A stretch of DNA of 64,000 bases, taken from contig OZ024742.1 of assembly GCA_964016885.1 (NCBI GenBank), positions 240,374,001-240,438,000 on the forward strand, written 5' to 3'. This document shows, in pieces, positions 1 to 11,559 of the stretch (positions are counted from its first letter, which is position 1; every line of letters starts with the position of its first letter). The notes beneath the pieces were generated by a model. It saw nothing but the letters and a program-made list of their open reading frames with translations. It did not search any database and had not been told where the DNA came from. The translations under genes were made by a program, and so were the position numbers. The stretch comes from Eledone cirrhosa. Taxonomy: Eukaryota.

Positions 1-728
1 ATTGTGTACAGTATCACACTGAATCTCCCTTAGAAGTATGTTAAAAGTACACGTGTTATATCCAAAGATTTTACTACTGTAGCTTCAATGTGTAAAGGTG
101 CAGGATTTATTGATTAGGGTATTTGACTCACAATCATAAGGACATGAGTTTGATTCCTGGCAAGGAACAGAACAGCCTGCACATGAAATTATCATGCATG
201 AGCCTGAACATTCTACAGACACATCTACCCTTATAACATAGCTCCTATATTATAGTATTATCCCAAACATAAGGTAATTAGAATGAAAAAAAAAGTGGTC
301 AGGTGAAAACCTCTACAAATATCTTTAAACAAAGGGGTCAAGTGAAAACCCATATAAATGTCTTTGGTGATTTATCAGTTTTCTTTTTGATTTATTGATC
401 TTTTTATTCCACTATCAAAATATTCCATATTTAAACCGGCTGTATCCAGCCAGAATTATCTCACCTCTTCCTGCTCAAACTGGCCATAACTAGCTGCTCA
501 TTCGGATGTTTTAAGGTATTGTTCTCAAAATAAATAATATGAAAATCTCATAGATTTGATATTATGTGAGGTAAAGCCTTTACCGTGAAAATATAATAGT
601 ATATATAGAGTAATTTCAATGCTAAAGGGTTATTGGTTAGGGTGCTACACACTCACAGATGACTACAGTCTAATGATTGGCACCAGTAAAAAAAATAAAC
701 TAAATATTCTCTTGTTTCTCCTCTTTAG

Positions 729-815
729 ATGTTTACACATGTATGGCGAGGCAAATGTCAAAAGATACCTATGACTGTAAAGGACTTCTCTGATTTATTT
801 AACCATTTGATTAGG
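729..815 (+). CDS. C2CD5: C2 domain-containing protein 5, internal coding exon (first in window; gene starts upstream)
   Basis: Pyrimidine tract ...ctctttag|ATG and donor AGG|gtaagt. 87 nt, phase 0-0, MFTHVWRGKCQKIPMTVKDFSDLFNHLIR, resembling recalled vertebrate C2CD5 MFTSVRVIRL...NFNDLCENLLK. Confidence 0.85.
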
Positions 816-915
816 GTAAGTTTATTTAACTCTGCATTTGATCATCTTCATCATTCACCCTTTCATTACCAAACTGCCTGAAACCTCCCCATGTTCTATG
901 ATTGAGATAAATCTG

Positions 916-1137
916 TTTAGCATTTAAACTGGCCATATCTAGCCAGAATTTTCTCACCTCTTTCTTTTCAAACCGGCCATAACCGGCTGCTCATACTGAT
1001 GTTAAGGTGTTGCTCTCAAAATAAGTAACATCAAAATCTCGTAGATTCGATACTATGAGAGATATTTATGTAAGGTAAAGCCTTTACCACAAAAATACAA
1101 TAGTATATATAGAGTAATGTAAATGCTAAAGGGTTAA
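916..1137. mobile_element. TTAA/piggyBac-type MITE, family 1 (left end eroded; second eroded copy at ~429-633)
   Basis: tttagcatttaaac...taaatgctaaagggTTAA. Body shared with copies at 5963, 34833, 37802 and 56712. Confidence 0.75.
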
Positions 1138-1713
1138 AGTATTTGCATTTATCAAAAAAAAATAATTTCCATCATAATTTTCCAAACACCAGTTTCATAA
1201 TGAGAAAATTAGTTATTTTACTAAATTCATTCAAATCCTTGATTGATTATTTTTTAAATTATGTGAAAAACATAGGTAGTGTTTTTCCTTAGAAATATGG
1301 TAATGAAAAGGGTTAGATGTTCTGAGGCTTGACCTGTCAAGTGACCACATCTTGCTTGTATGTTCTGTTTTTGGCTTGGTTTCTACGTGATACCCCTCCT
1401 AACACCAACCACTTTACAGCATGTACTGAGCACATTTTATTGCGATACTACAACTTTGCAAACCTACAAAGGCAGTGGTAAAAGTGAAGGTGTAAAATGC
1501 AGAATCTTGCTTACATATGTTCCCGCCCTCTACATTTTATCCTGACATCGGCACTAGGGAGGTTGTCATGTCTTTCTGACCCGTTATTTAACAAGTTACA
1601 TTCTAAACATCAGCTTAATAATGAAAAAGTTGGTTGTTTTACTAAATCCCTCCCAATTTTTTTATTATATTATTTTCAAAATTAATTGACATATATAATC
1701 AGTGTATTTCATT

Positions 1714-1810
1714 AGAAGTATGATCACAAAAAAGTTATATACATACAGAAGTTTGATCACAAAAAAGTTATATACATACAGAAGTTTGATCACAAAAAGG
1801 TTATATACAT
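1714..1810. repeat. 33-bp tandem repeat, 3 copies
   Basis: agaagtttgatcacaaaaaagttatatacatac x3. Confidence 0.9.
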
Positions 1811-2255
1811 CATCATCATCATCGTTTAACGTCCATCTTCCACGCTTGTATGGGTTTGGACGGGAGTTTTCCCACTTGAGGCAAGATTTGTTGTCCTGCT
1901 CGTATAGGACTGTCTGGCGGGTTTTCTACGGCTGGATGCCCTTCCTAACACCAACCACATATATATACTAGCTGGCCCGTCCGGCTGGCACCCGACTAGG
2001 TATACCTGCCCCCACCACTCCACTGCAAAGATACCACACACACTCCTGTGTCACATTGTCCTTTCGACTCTCTCTCTCTCTCTCTCTGAATAACTGACAC
2101 TTTAATTGTATCTCTCTCTGTCTAACGGCCTATCTCTCGCTTTTCCCCCTCCCTCTGTTTTTCTGTCTCTCTCTGTAGATGTGTGTGTGTAGTTTTCTTA
2201 ATCTTTCTCTAAATCTCTCTCTTTCTCTCTCTCCCTTTCTCTCTCTCTCTCCCTC

Positions 2256-2455
2256 NNNNNNNNNNNNNNNNNNNNNNNNNNNNNNNNNNNNNNNNNNNNN
2301 NNNNNNNNNNNNNNNNNNNNNNNNNNNNNNNNNNNNNNNNNNNNNNNNNNNNNNNNNNNNNNNNNNNNNNNNNNNNNNNNNNNNNNNNNNNNNNNNNNNN
2401 NNNNNNNNNNNNNNNNNNNNNNNNNNNNNNNNNNNNNNNNNNNNNNNNNNNNNNN
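2256..2455. other. Assembly gap (200 N) in a C2CD5 intron
   Basis: Run of N following a (CT)n-rich tract. Confidence 0.99.
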
Positions 2456-2528
2456 GTATCTAAACCTCCCTTATTTATGACACAAAACCACTATAATTGA
2501 TACATTCTTTATTTTCTTAAATTTTTAG

Positions 2529-2618
2529 AAAATTTGCTTTAAATTAAGAAAGATGGCACCCTGCTGTTTAAGTTGCCTTGATTTCAATTTAGAGCTGGCG
2601 GATGAAGATGAAGTGCAG
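2529..2618 (+). CDS. C2CD5: C2CD5 coding exon
   Basis: atttttag|AAA...CAG|gtattt. 90 nt, phase 0-0, KICFKLRKMAPCCLSCLDFNLELADEDEVQ, matching recalled SLYFKLRSMIPCCLCHVNFTVSLPEDELIQ. Confidence 0.92.
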
Positions 2619-3617
2619 GTATTTAATTTTACTTTATTAGTTTTTTTATTTTTTGCTGTTTATATTTTGGAGTTGGGGTATTTTCATACTGTTTCTGTCA
2701 CTGATATCTTAACTCCTAATAGAGTTGTAAGAGTATTTTAAACCTGGTGGCACTCATCCCTCTCCAGGTCTGAACATAGCTGATTTCTTATTCTTAGAGA
2801 GAGGGGAATCAAATATTCATCAAACCTGAAAGGATGAAAGACAAAATTAGAGAGAGAAGAATCAATCTCAGTATTACATGAAAAGATGAAAGGCAAAGTT
2901 GACCTTGGCGGGATTTGAAATAATAGCGCAGGAAGTCAGAATGTTCTAACGACTATGTTAATTCACTGCTTTAGCTTTCATACACTATTGATATTAATGT
3001 TTGATAACATTTCTCTGGTGGTAGACAACAACTGAAATAATTGACAGGCTAAAAGCAACACATCAACTGAAATATTGAAATGAGGCTAATTAACTTCAAG
3101 TATTCTAATGTTTGTCCTTTATGATTCTGACTTGAAAACCCTCATTAAGTTTCACTTCTATCTCTGGGTACATGGATGATTCTAATGTATTATATATAGA
3201 GGACTCTGATATAGAAGACTCTTCAGTTGTGTCAAGGGCACAACAACCTCACTTGTGTTGGTGACACGATAAAAGACACCCAGTACACTCTGTAAAGAGA
3301 TTGTATATAGGAAGGGCATCCAGCCATATAAGACTTGTCAAACAAAGAATCAAGAGGACTCTTTAACTGTGTCAAAAACATGAAAACCTTCCTAGTTTTG
3401 GTGCCACAATAAAATGCACCCAGCATGCTCTGTAGAGTGTGGGGTATACATACCTAAGCAAAATACAGCCTCCCCAACCTTTCTGTGAGGTCAGTAGTTC
3501 CAATTAAGTACTGGCTTGGTATGTGACAACACATCCAACCATTGCTAGCAAGGAAAATGAAGGTAAATGATGATGATGATGATGTTCTTGATAATGTATT
3601 ATTCCTTTTGATCATAG

Positions 3618-3693
3618 ATAACCTTGACTGGGATGTGCACAGGACTTGGAGAAGTACAACCTCAAGCATCTAAAAATTTAGTGTTTAAAACAA
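3618..3693 (+). CDS. C2CD5: C2CD5 coding exon
   Basis: catag|ATA...ACA A|gtaagt. 76 nt, phase 0-1, ITLTGMCTGLGEVQPQASKNLVFKT (cf. VTVTAVAITF). Supplies the phase needed to join the next exon. Confidence 0.8.
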
Positions 3694-4980
3694 GTAAGTT
3701 TCTAAGGCAACTCTTAATGTCCTGTTCCACACAAGCAAGACGTTTTTGAGAAGTTTAAAACAGTATTGTGATTGCAACTCAGTAAAAATTAGTCTTTACC
3801 CTAATACTACAAATGTTCACAACAATCAGAACTCTAGTAAAGATACCATAAACATTTAAATTAACAAACCCATCTTCTGGTTATTTTTTGCTAAATCATT
3901 ACAAGATGTTAAGAGTTAATGTGTGTATTTCTATGTTTCTATCAACATGTTTGTTTCTATATTTACGTGTTTATATATATATTTATATAAAGTATGTGTG
4001 CTTAAAAGACTGCAAGTGGAATTTGAAATTGAATTAGAATATTTTGCCATATTTTTTACTAAAGAAAACAGTTTAATACATTCAGGGATCTTATATGCCC
4101 TGTTATTAGACTATTTTCTTTAGTCAAAAATACCTTCTAATTCTAATTTATATTGTATATATATATATATATCAGTCCTACCCATACTAGCATGGAAGAT
4201 GGACGTTAAATGATGATGATTATAATGATAATATCAGCTTGCCTTGGAACAAGGGTGACCTCTCTAATGTTGGTGCCACAATGAAATACATCCACTCCAG
4301 TCTGTAAACTAGTTGGCATTAGGAAAAACATTCAGCCATAGAAATCATGTCAAAAAAGACGTGTTAAATGAGACCCGGTTCCTTGATCTGTTTAGGACAG
4401 CTCTAGTTAGGTACTGGTTTGTGATAGTATAGTAAAGTGGATGTAAAAAGATAATGATCAGATATATTTATATTTTTATTTTTATGAACATCAAGTCTTT
4501 CCAACTTCTGAGGATTTAGTTATTTGAAATTGTATTTTTGCATATGATAATGATGATTTTCCTGTGAGTAAAATGGTTGGTAATAGAAATTGCATCCTGC
4601 TGTAGAAAACTTGCAAAACAAAGGGTCGAGAGGACTCTTTGGTTATGTCAAAGACATGGCAGTCTCCTTAGTGCTGATGCCATGATAAAATGCATTCAGT
4701 ACACTCTGAAGAGAACATGAATATATGTAAGTATGATGCACCCTAATTCCATCCCAATTTTGGGCCGTCTGGGAGGTCAGTAGCTCTGACTGGGCACTGA
4801 CTTGGTTTGTGACGACTCAACCAATCCTTGCTAGTAGGGGAAACAGACATTTGAGGATGATAGTGGTGATGGGGAGGATAATGATGGTGATGAAGATGAT
4901 GATGATGATGAAGAAGATGATAATGGTACTCATTCGGGACAAGAGAATTTGCAACATTTCCTAATTTTCTGTTTTGCCAG

Positions 4981-5103
4981 GCAATGGTTCTAACCTCCTT
5001 TTGAGTGTACCGTCCAACAGTAGCTGTGATCAAGACCATGATTTAATGTTTCAGATGGAAGAGGTACAAGAAAGCCCTGTTACATCGAAGACAACTCAAC
5101 AAG
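4981..5103 (+). CDS. C2CD5: C2CD5 coding exon (low-conservation linker)
   Basis: ctaattttctgttttgccag|GC...CAA G|gtaagg. 123 nt, phase 1-1, open frame (S)NGSNLLLSVPSNSSCDQDHDLMFQMEEVQESPVTSKTTQQ. Confidence 0.8.
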
Positions 5104-5879
5104 GTAAGGAAGCCATTTTTGTTCTTTCAATGATGTGAGGTGAAGTTAACATATGGTCAAACTAACTAACATCAATAACAGACATTTTAATCCTGTCATT
5201 AAGATATTTCTAAGGAAAAACACTGCCTATAATTTTCAAATAATTTTGAAAATAATAAAAATAAATTTGGAAGGATTTAGTCATATAACTAACTTTCTCA
5301 TTATTAAGTTAGTGTTTGAAACATAACTTAAATGTTCTTACATAAAATTATGATAGAAAATCTTTAGATAAATATAAATACTTCAAAATGAACAGCTTTG
5401 TCTCGCAAAACTATGTGTAGTGTCCGCAGTTGTGGTATCAAGAAGGTTAAGACTTTATTTTTATCATTGAACTGTGTTTCTAAGTAGGACACCTAAATCT
5501 GTTGACTTCTGATTGAACAAAAGACATATTCCATTTTGTAATGGTTGCCATTGGGACCTCCAGTGCCCATGGGTCCCAGACTGCCATTTTGCTTTGCCAA
5601 AAGTCAGGATGAAGAGATTGTACCTCAGTAAGGAATTCTGTGAGGGAAAATGGCTGATGCATCAGATGTTGCTGGCTGTTCTTCATAGCAATTCTTTTGC
5701 AGTTCACATTATATGTATAATCACAATTCACATTTGTATAATCTCAATTCATGTAAGCATAATTACAATTCACTTATGCATAATTATAATTCACATTATA
5801 TGTATAGTCCCAATTCATAATTACAGTTCACATTATATGTACTCTCTATATATTTACTTCTTTTTATATATCTTTTCAG

Positions 5880-5920
5880 CACAAAAACCTGGCAAAACAG
5901 AAAATGGCTTGAAGTTCCAT
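5880..5920 (+). CDS. C2CD5: C2CD5 short coding exon
   Basis: tcttttcag|CA...CAT|gtaagt. 41 nt, phase 1-0, (A)QKPGKTENGLKFH. Restores phase 0 for the next exon. Confidence 0.72.
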
Positions 5921-5962
5921 GTAAGTGTTTATTTTCATGCGGCTTATGACCTTTCTTGTAAT

Positions 5963-6173
5963 TTAACCCTTTAGCATATAAACCAGCTGTATCCAGACAG
6001 AATTCTCTCACCACTTTCTATTCAAAGTAGCCGTAACTGGCCACTCATACTGATGTTAAGGTAGTGTTCTCAAAATAAATACTATCAAAATCTTATAGAT
6101 TCGATATTATGTGAGGTAAATCCTTTACCACGAAAATAGTAAATATAGAGTAATGTAAATGATAAAGGGTTAA
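5963..6173. mobile_element. TTAA/piggyBac-type MITE, family 1
   Basis: TTAA-ccctttagcat...atgataaaggg-TTAA: terminal inverted repeats with TTAA on both sides. Confidence 0.85.
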
Positions 6174-7390
6174 AGAGATGCTCTTCTCTTGTTGGTGATT
6201 GATCTCTTGTTCATGTGTATTTGACCAGCAAAGACATTGTTTTATATCATTGTTGACTTATGTAGCAAATAAATCTTCAACATGCTTCTTCAGTTCATGA
6301 TACTTGCTGTGTGTCTATGAAATAAAACCACACATTTTAAAAGGTACCCACTTAAATTAATATTTTTCAATATAATTTGATATAAGAATCTTTGGTTAAG
6401 TTATGTGACAAATGCAATCTTAATGAAATAATAATTTTAGTAAATCCCTCAGAAATGTTTCATTAATTGATTGAAATACAGTCTACATTAACTATTGACA
6501 TCCTGTAATGATTTAGCAGAAAGTATCTAAAAACAAGTTAATGTAAACGGTTATATTTTTTTTACTAGTGGACAGATTGTTGTGAAAATGTGCAGTAAAC
6601 TAAAGCCCCCCTCCCCCAACTCCTGATAGAGTCATAGGGTGCCATATTGACATACAGTATTTCTTGGATATTTTTAAGGCCTAGCAGAGCCCACCCCTCT
6701 CCAGATTTCTTCCAGAGAGAAGAAGAATCAACCCTAGTACTAGATAGGTACTTTTTTTTTATCTGCTTCAAAAGGATGGAAGGCAAAGTTGACCTCAGCA
6801 GAGAGTTGAAACAAATATCATAAACATTCTATCTGACGTTCTAATGATTCTGCTAATTTGCCACCTACAAACTAAAGTAAAGACTTTAATTTTTGGTGTA
6901 ATGTACTTCTCAAGAGTGACTACTTAATACAATTTCATGTGGTACAGGATGTTGAATGTTAATTAATTCAAATACATTGTGTGCCATTATAATTATTGTA
7001 AGAAAAAGGCTAAATAGCTATCATACCATTTATATGTGAAGGCACGTAGCCTAGTAGTAAGGGTGTTGGACTTACAATCATATAGTCGTGGGTTCGATTT
7101 CTGAGTTGCATGTTGTTCTTGAGAAAAACACTTCATTTCATGTTGCTTCAGTATACTCAGCTGAAAACGAGGACTGGCATCCTGTCCAGGGGGAAGTCCT
7201 GTACTCCCAGTTGCTTCACGCCATGAAACCGGGATAAGCACCGGCCAAATGAGCCTTCTGGCTTAAGACAGATTTTAGACTTTAGACTAGACTATTTATA
7301 TATGTTGACATTGCTGGCTATCCATGTTTTTTATCTTTATGACTTTAATATAATACCATCGCATTACATCATTTGTCTTTCATTATACAG

Positions 7391-7516
7391 ACATTTCCTC
7401 GACATCGTCTTGGAGTAGAATTGATACCCATGTCTTATGTACCAGGTGGAAAGATAGATCACTACCTTGGAAGTTACAACTTCTTCTTTATCAGGGAAAG
7501 CACTTCGGTTCGGGAG
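7391..7516 (+). CDS. C2CD5: C2CD5 coding exon
   Basis: tatacag|ACA...GAG|gtgagt. 126 nt, phase 0-0, TFPRHRLGVELIPMSYVPGGKIDHYLGSYNFFFIRESTSVRE, matching the recalled motif ..TPLS.IPGAKITKYLGIINMFFIRETTSLRE. Confidence 0.95.
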
Positions 7517-7911
7517 GTGAGTTTTCCTTTCCATTTGCTAAGTGTTTGGTTTTATTTTCCACTTCAGTTGAAATAGATATTTTCTGTCGCCTAAGCTGCC
7601 CTCACAAAGTCGCTGACAAATGAAGAAAGAAACAGTGGAAAGATGCTGTAAGGGAGAAGACTCATCTAGCCCAAGAAAGCATGGAAAAACTGACATTAAA
7701 ATGAAACTGATAATGATTGTGAGTGTGTGTGTGTAGGGCGATAGGTGTGGTGAAATTCGACCTTGAGAAACCACAGTTGACGAAGGAGATAACAAAAGAA
7801 AGAATTGCTGTATTTTGAGAGAAATTGTTTAACACATGCAAGCCATGTTGATGATGATTCTTAAAATTTCATTCATGTTTACCTTACTATTCTTTGTTTG
7901 TGGGAAAGCAC

Positions 7912-8860
7912 ATACACACACCATCACACTATGCCCAGGGCACACACACACACCATCACACTATGCCCAGGGCACACACATACACACACCATCACACTAT
8001 GCTCAGAGCACACACTTACACACACCATCACACTATGCCCAGGGCACACACACCATCACACTATGCCCAGGGCACACACATACACACACCATCACACTAT
8101 GCTCAGAGCACACACTTACACACACCATCACACTATGCCCAGGTCACACACATACACACACCATCACACTATGCCCAGGGCACACACCATCACACTATGC
8201 CCAGGGGACACACTTACACACACCATCACACTATGCCCAAGGCACACACACATACACACACCATCACACTATGCCCAGGGCACACACATACACACACCAT
8301 CACACTATGCTCAGAGCACACACTTACACACACCATCACACTATGCCCAGGGCACACACATACACACACCATCACACTATGCCCAGGGGACACACTTACA
8401 CACACCATCACACTATGCCCAGGGCACACACACATACACACACCATCACACTATGCCCAGGGCACACACATGACGAACCATCACACTATGCCCAGGGCAC
8501 ACACTTACACACACCATCACACTATGCCCAGGGCACACACTTACACACACCATCACACTATGCCCAGGGTACACACATACACACACCATCACACTATGCC
8601 CAGGGCACACACACATACACACACCATCACACTATGCCCAGGGTACATACATGACGAACCATCACACTATGCCCAGGGCACACACTTACACACACCATCA
8701 CACTATGCCCAGGGCACACACATACACACACCATCACACTATGCCCAGGGTACACACACATACATGAACCATCACACTATGCCCAGGGCACACACACATA
8801 CATGAACCATCACACTATGCCCAGAGCACACACACATACACACACCATCACATCATACCC
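7912..8860. repeat. Intronic minisatellite, ~26-36-bp unit cacaccatcacactatgcccagggcacacaca(t/c)(t)a, ~28 copies, decaying to ~9180
   Basis: Directly visible. Explains the repetitive ORFs at 7836-8805. Confidence 0.97.
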
Positions 8861-9266
8861 TAGATACCTACACACACATGCACCATCACACATTACCTTA
8901 GACACATAAACATATCATGCCCTAGACACATAAATCATCACATCATGCCTTAGACACACACCATCACACTATACCCTAGTTACACACACATTTATATACA
9001 CACACTCACTAACACACACACATCATGCCTTAGACACACATACACCATCACACTACCCTAGACATGTGCACACACAGACACCACCACACTATCTCACTAC
9101 TCTAGCAACACACACACCATACTCTAGCTACACACTATTACACTATACCCCAGCTACACACATACCATCACACCATCCCCTACTTTCTTTATTACCACCT
9201 CCAACAATGAAGACAAAAGGTTGGGTTTAGGGCTTCAGAGCCCTAAATTTCAAGGAAGACCTTGTC

Positions 9267-9543
9267 GATGGTGAATTGGTGGATTCCCAGGTATATTCCA
9301 TACCACACAACCATACAAGTGGTAGATTGATGGATTCCCAGGTATATTCCATACCACACAACCATGCCAGGGGTAGATTGATGGAATCATAGGTATGTTC
9401 CATAACACACAACCATACTAATGGTAGATTGATGGAATCACAGGTATGTTCCATACCACACAACCATACTAATGGTAGATTAATGGAGTCACAGGTATGT
9501 TCAATGCCACACAACCATACCAGTGGTAGATTGATGGATTCCC
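9267..9543. repeat. 51-bp minisatellite, ~5 copies
   Basis: ggattccca recurs at 9281 and 9332. The minus ORF shows 17-aa periodicity. Confidence 0.95.
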
Positions 9544-9547
9544 ATCA

Positions 9548-9751
9548 TTAACCTTTTTGATACCAATGCCCCCAAAACTGGCTTTGATTCTATGGGTTTC
9601 AAAGAGTTACTATTTATATTAAAATCTTCCAACATCATTTTATATAAGAACTATATGTTAAGTTACTTTCTTAGTAAATCTCTCAAAATTCTTCATTAAT
9701 TAATTGAAATTAGAGTATATTTCATTAGAAATATGGTCATGAAAGAGTTAA
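9548..9751. mobile_element. TTAA MITE, family 3 (TIR ~CCCTTTTGATACC)
   Basis: TTAAcctttttgatacc...gaaagagTTAA. Related copies at 22385-22634, ~5189-5450, ~23195-23420, ~36655-36899 and 63294-63925. Confidence 0.7.
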
Positions 9752-9773
9752 AGAAATTATTTTCTTTTTTCAG

Positions 9774-9920
9774 ATGGGAGGAGCCTGTGGTTTTATGCAA
9801 AGCTTTGTGTCTGAGGTGAAAGCTATTGTACGAGCACATGTTGGAGCTTTAGGTGGTAATGCCATGGTTGCCTATAAAATGAATGAATGCATTCTTCTCA
9901 ACAATCCCCATAAAAACCAG
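9774..9920 (+). CDS. C2CD5: C2CD5 coding exon (C-terminal YbjQ-like region)
   Basis: tttctttttcag|ATG...CAG|gtattt. 147 nt, phase 0-0, MGGACGFMQSFVSEVKAIVRAHVGALGGNAMVAYKMNECILLNNPHKNQ, matching recalled EGGVSGFLHAFIAEVFAMVRAHVAALGGNAVVSY...NPNKNQ. Confidence 0.96.
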
Positions 9921-10296
9921 GTATTTAATTGCTCTCTTTCTACCTTCTGTTAAATCTTTCAATGATTATTTTAACATACAGTTGACTCCTGCTTGTGTAG
10001 TTCTAAATGTAATTTTGTGCAGTAAGTTTATATTGTATCAAATACTACAGTGTCAAATATTTACAGAGTAAATAATGGTTAAAAAGACTTAAAACACTCA
10101 TAAAATGTTTAAAATACCAATTACAAATGGTTCACAGATTCAAAGAATATCAAATACTGGGTTATGGGACCTGCCTTAAAGATATGCGTTGTTCTAAAAT
10201 TTCCTTAAAATAAACCTTAAAATTCTTATTAAACATAGTGTTCAAAGTTCTAAGTAACAGAAAGAGAGAGATTCTTTGCTCATCACACTGCAGAAA

Positions 10297-10421
10297 TGTG
10301 GTGGTGGTGCTGCTGCTGCTATTGTTGTTGTTGTTCGTGTTGCTGCTGCTGCTATTGTTGTTCGTGCTGCTGCCGTTGCTGCTATTGTTTTTGTTGTTCG
10401 TGCTGCTGCTGTTGCTGCTGC
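10297..10421. repeat. (CTG/TTG)n trinucleotide repeat
   Basis: Directly visible, intronic. Confidence 0.95.
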
Positions 10422-10564
10422 TTGACTCCCATCAGCCAGTTCATGAAATTAACATGCAAGTGGTTGAGTATTCCCCAGATACATGCTATCTTCCTACCTG
10501 CCAAATTTGATTTTTCTTTTTCTTTCAATAATGCTCTAAAACATGAACAAGCATTACCAGTAAA

Positions 10565-11396
10565 CTAGCAGAAAAACTACCCGCCGGGTGGGATTCTGCT
10601 AGCTGCTAGCATGTATAGTGTGCATTTTGATATGATACGCAAGTATATATGCATGTAGATATGATACATCAAATAAAATGGTAATTGACAATCATCATCA
10701 TCATTTTACGTCCGCTTTTCCCTGCTTGCAAGGGTGGGACGGGAACTGATTCTGGCTTGATTTCTACAGCTGGATGCCCTTCCTAACACCAACCTCATTT
10801 ACAGTGAGTGCTGGGTGCTTTTTTGCCATGGCACCTACACGACCACTTTGCAGTGGAATGATAGGGACCCCAGTCCCTATCATCTCATTTCTACAGCTGA
10901 GTAAACTGGAGCAATGTGAAATAAAGTGTCTTGTTCAAGGAAACAACACATCACCCAGTCTGAGAATTGAACTCACAACCTTTCGATTGCAAGCCCAATG
11001 CTCTAACCACTAAGCCATGTGCCTCCAATATACACAGAAATTGAACAAAGACTGCGTTACACTGTCTTCTGTAATCAGTAACGTAATCCATGATACATTA
11101 AAAAAAGATGATATTATATATAAACTGCATTAGGAGAAAATTAGTGACGGAAATATATGAATGTTTATTTAAGCGATCGCTAACTGGAAGTGTTGACATT
11201 TGAAAATTTTAAAGAAGGGAATCTTAAAATAAGCAATAAATTTATTTATATTTAATCAAGAGTTACCAAATTTAGTACATAAATTATGTAATATTCATTC
11301 ATTATTTATTCAAAGTAATCCAACTTATTTTACAAACGGGATAAAAAACTATATTCTGGATGCAGTCCCGCACCCCTTTCTTTATTATAGTTAAGA
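10565..11396 (-). mobile_element. Non-autonomous Helitron-like element, copy 1, carrying a SINE-derived insertion (~10693-11025)
   Basis: Minus strand starts A|TCTTAACTATAATAAA and ends in a hairpin plus CTAG|T, with no TSD. Homologous over its length to 44892-45773. Confidence 0.75.
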
Positions 11397-11559
11397 TAGT
11401 TGCAGACATGTGACTATGGTCTGTGAAATACTAACAACAATGGTTTCAGACTATGGTCTGTGGAATACTAATAACAATGGTTTCTGATTTAGGGTTCCAT
11501 ATGACAGAGTTGGGAAGGGAAAAGTGGTTGGTTTGAGTAGTGATCACAATAGAGGGTAG

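Noticed and set aside
7836-8805. Long His/Thr-rich ORFs (272, 303 and 191 aa)
   Set aside because: Products of a stop-poor minisatellite inside a C2CD5 intron, open in all three frames.
7912-9543. CRISPR-like appearance of the repeat arrays (also 60070-60360 and 19341-19582)
   Set aside because: No unique spacers and no cas genes. The context is eukaryotic and these are plain tandem repeats.
10238-10568. Poly-Leu and poly-Cys ORFs
   Set aside because: Intronic (CTG/TTG)n repeat with no splice or homology support.
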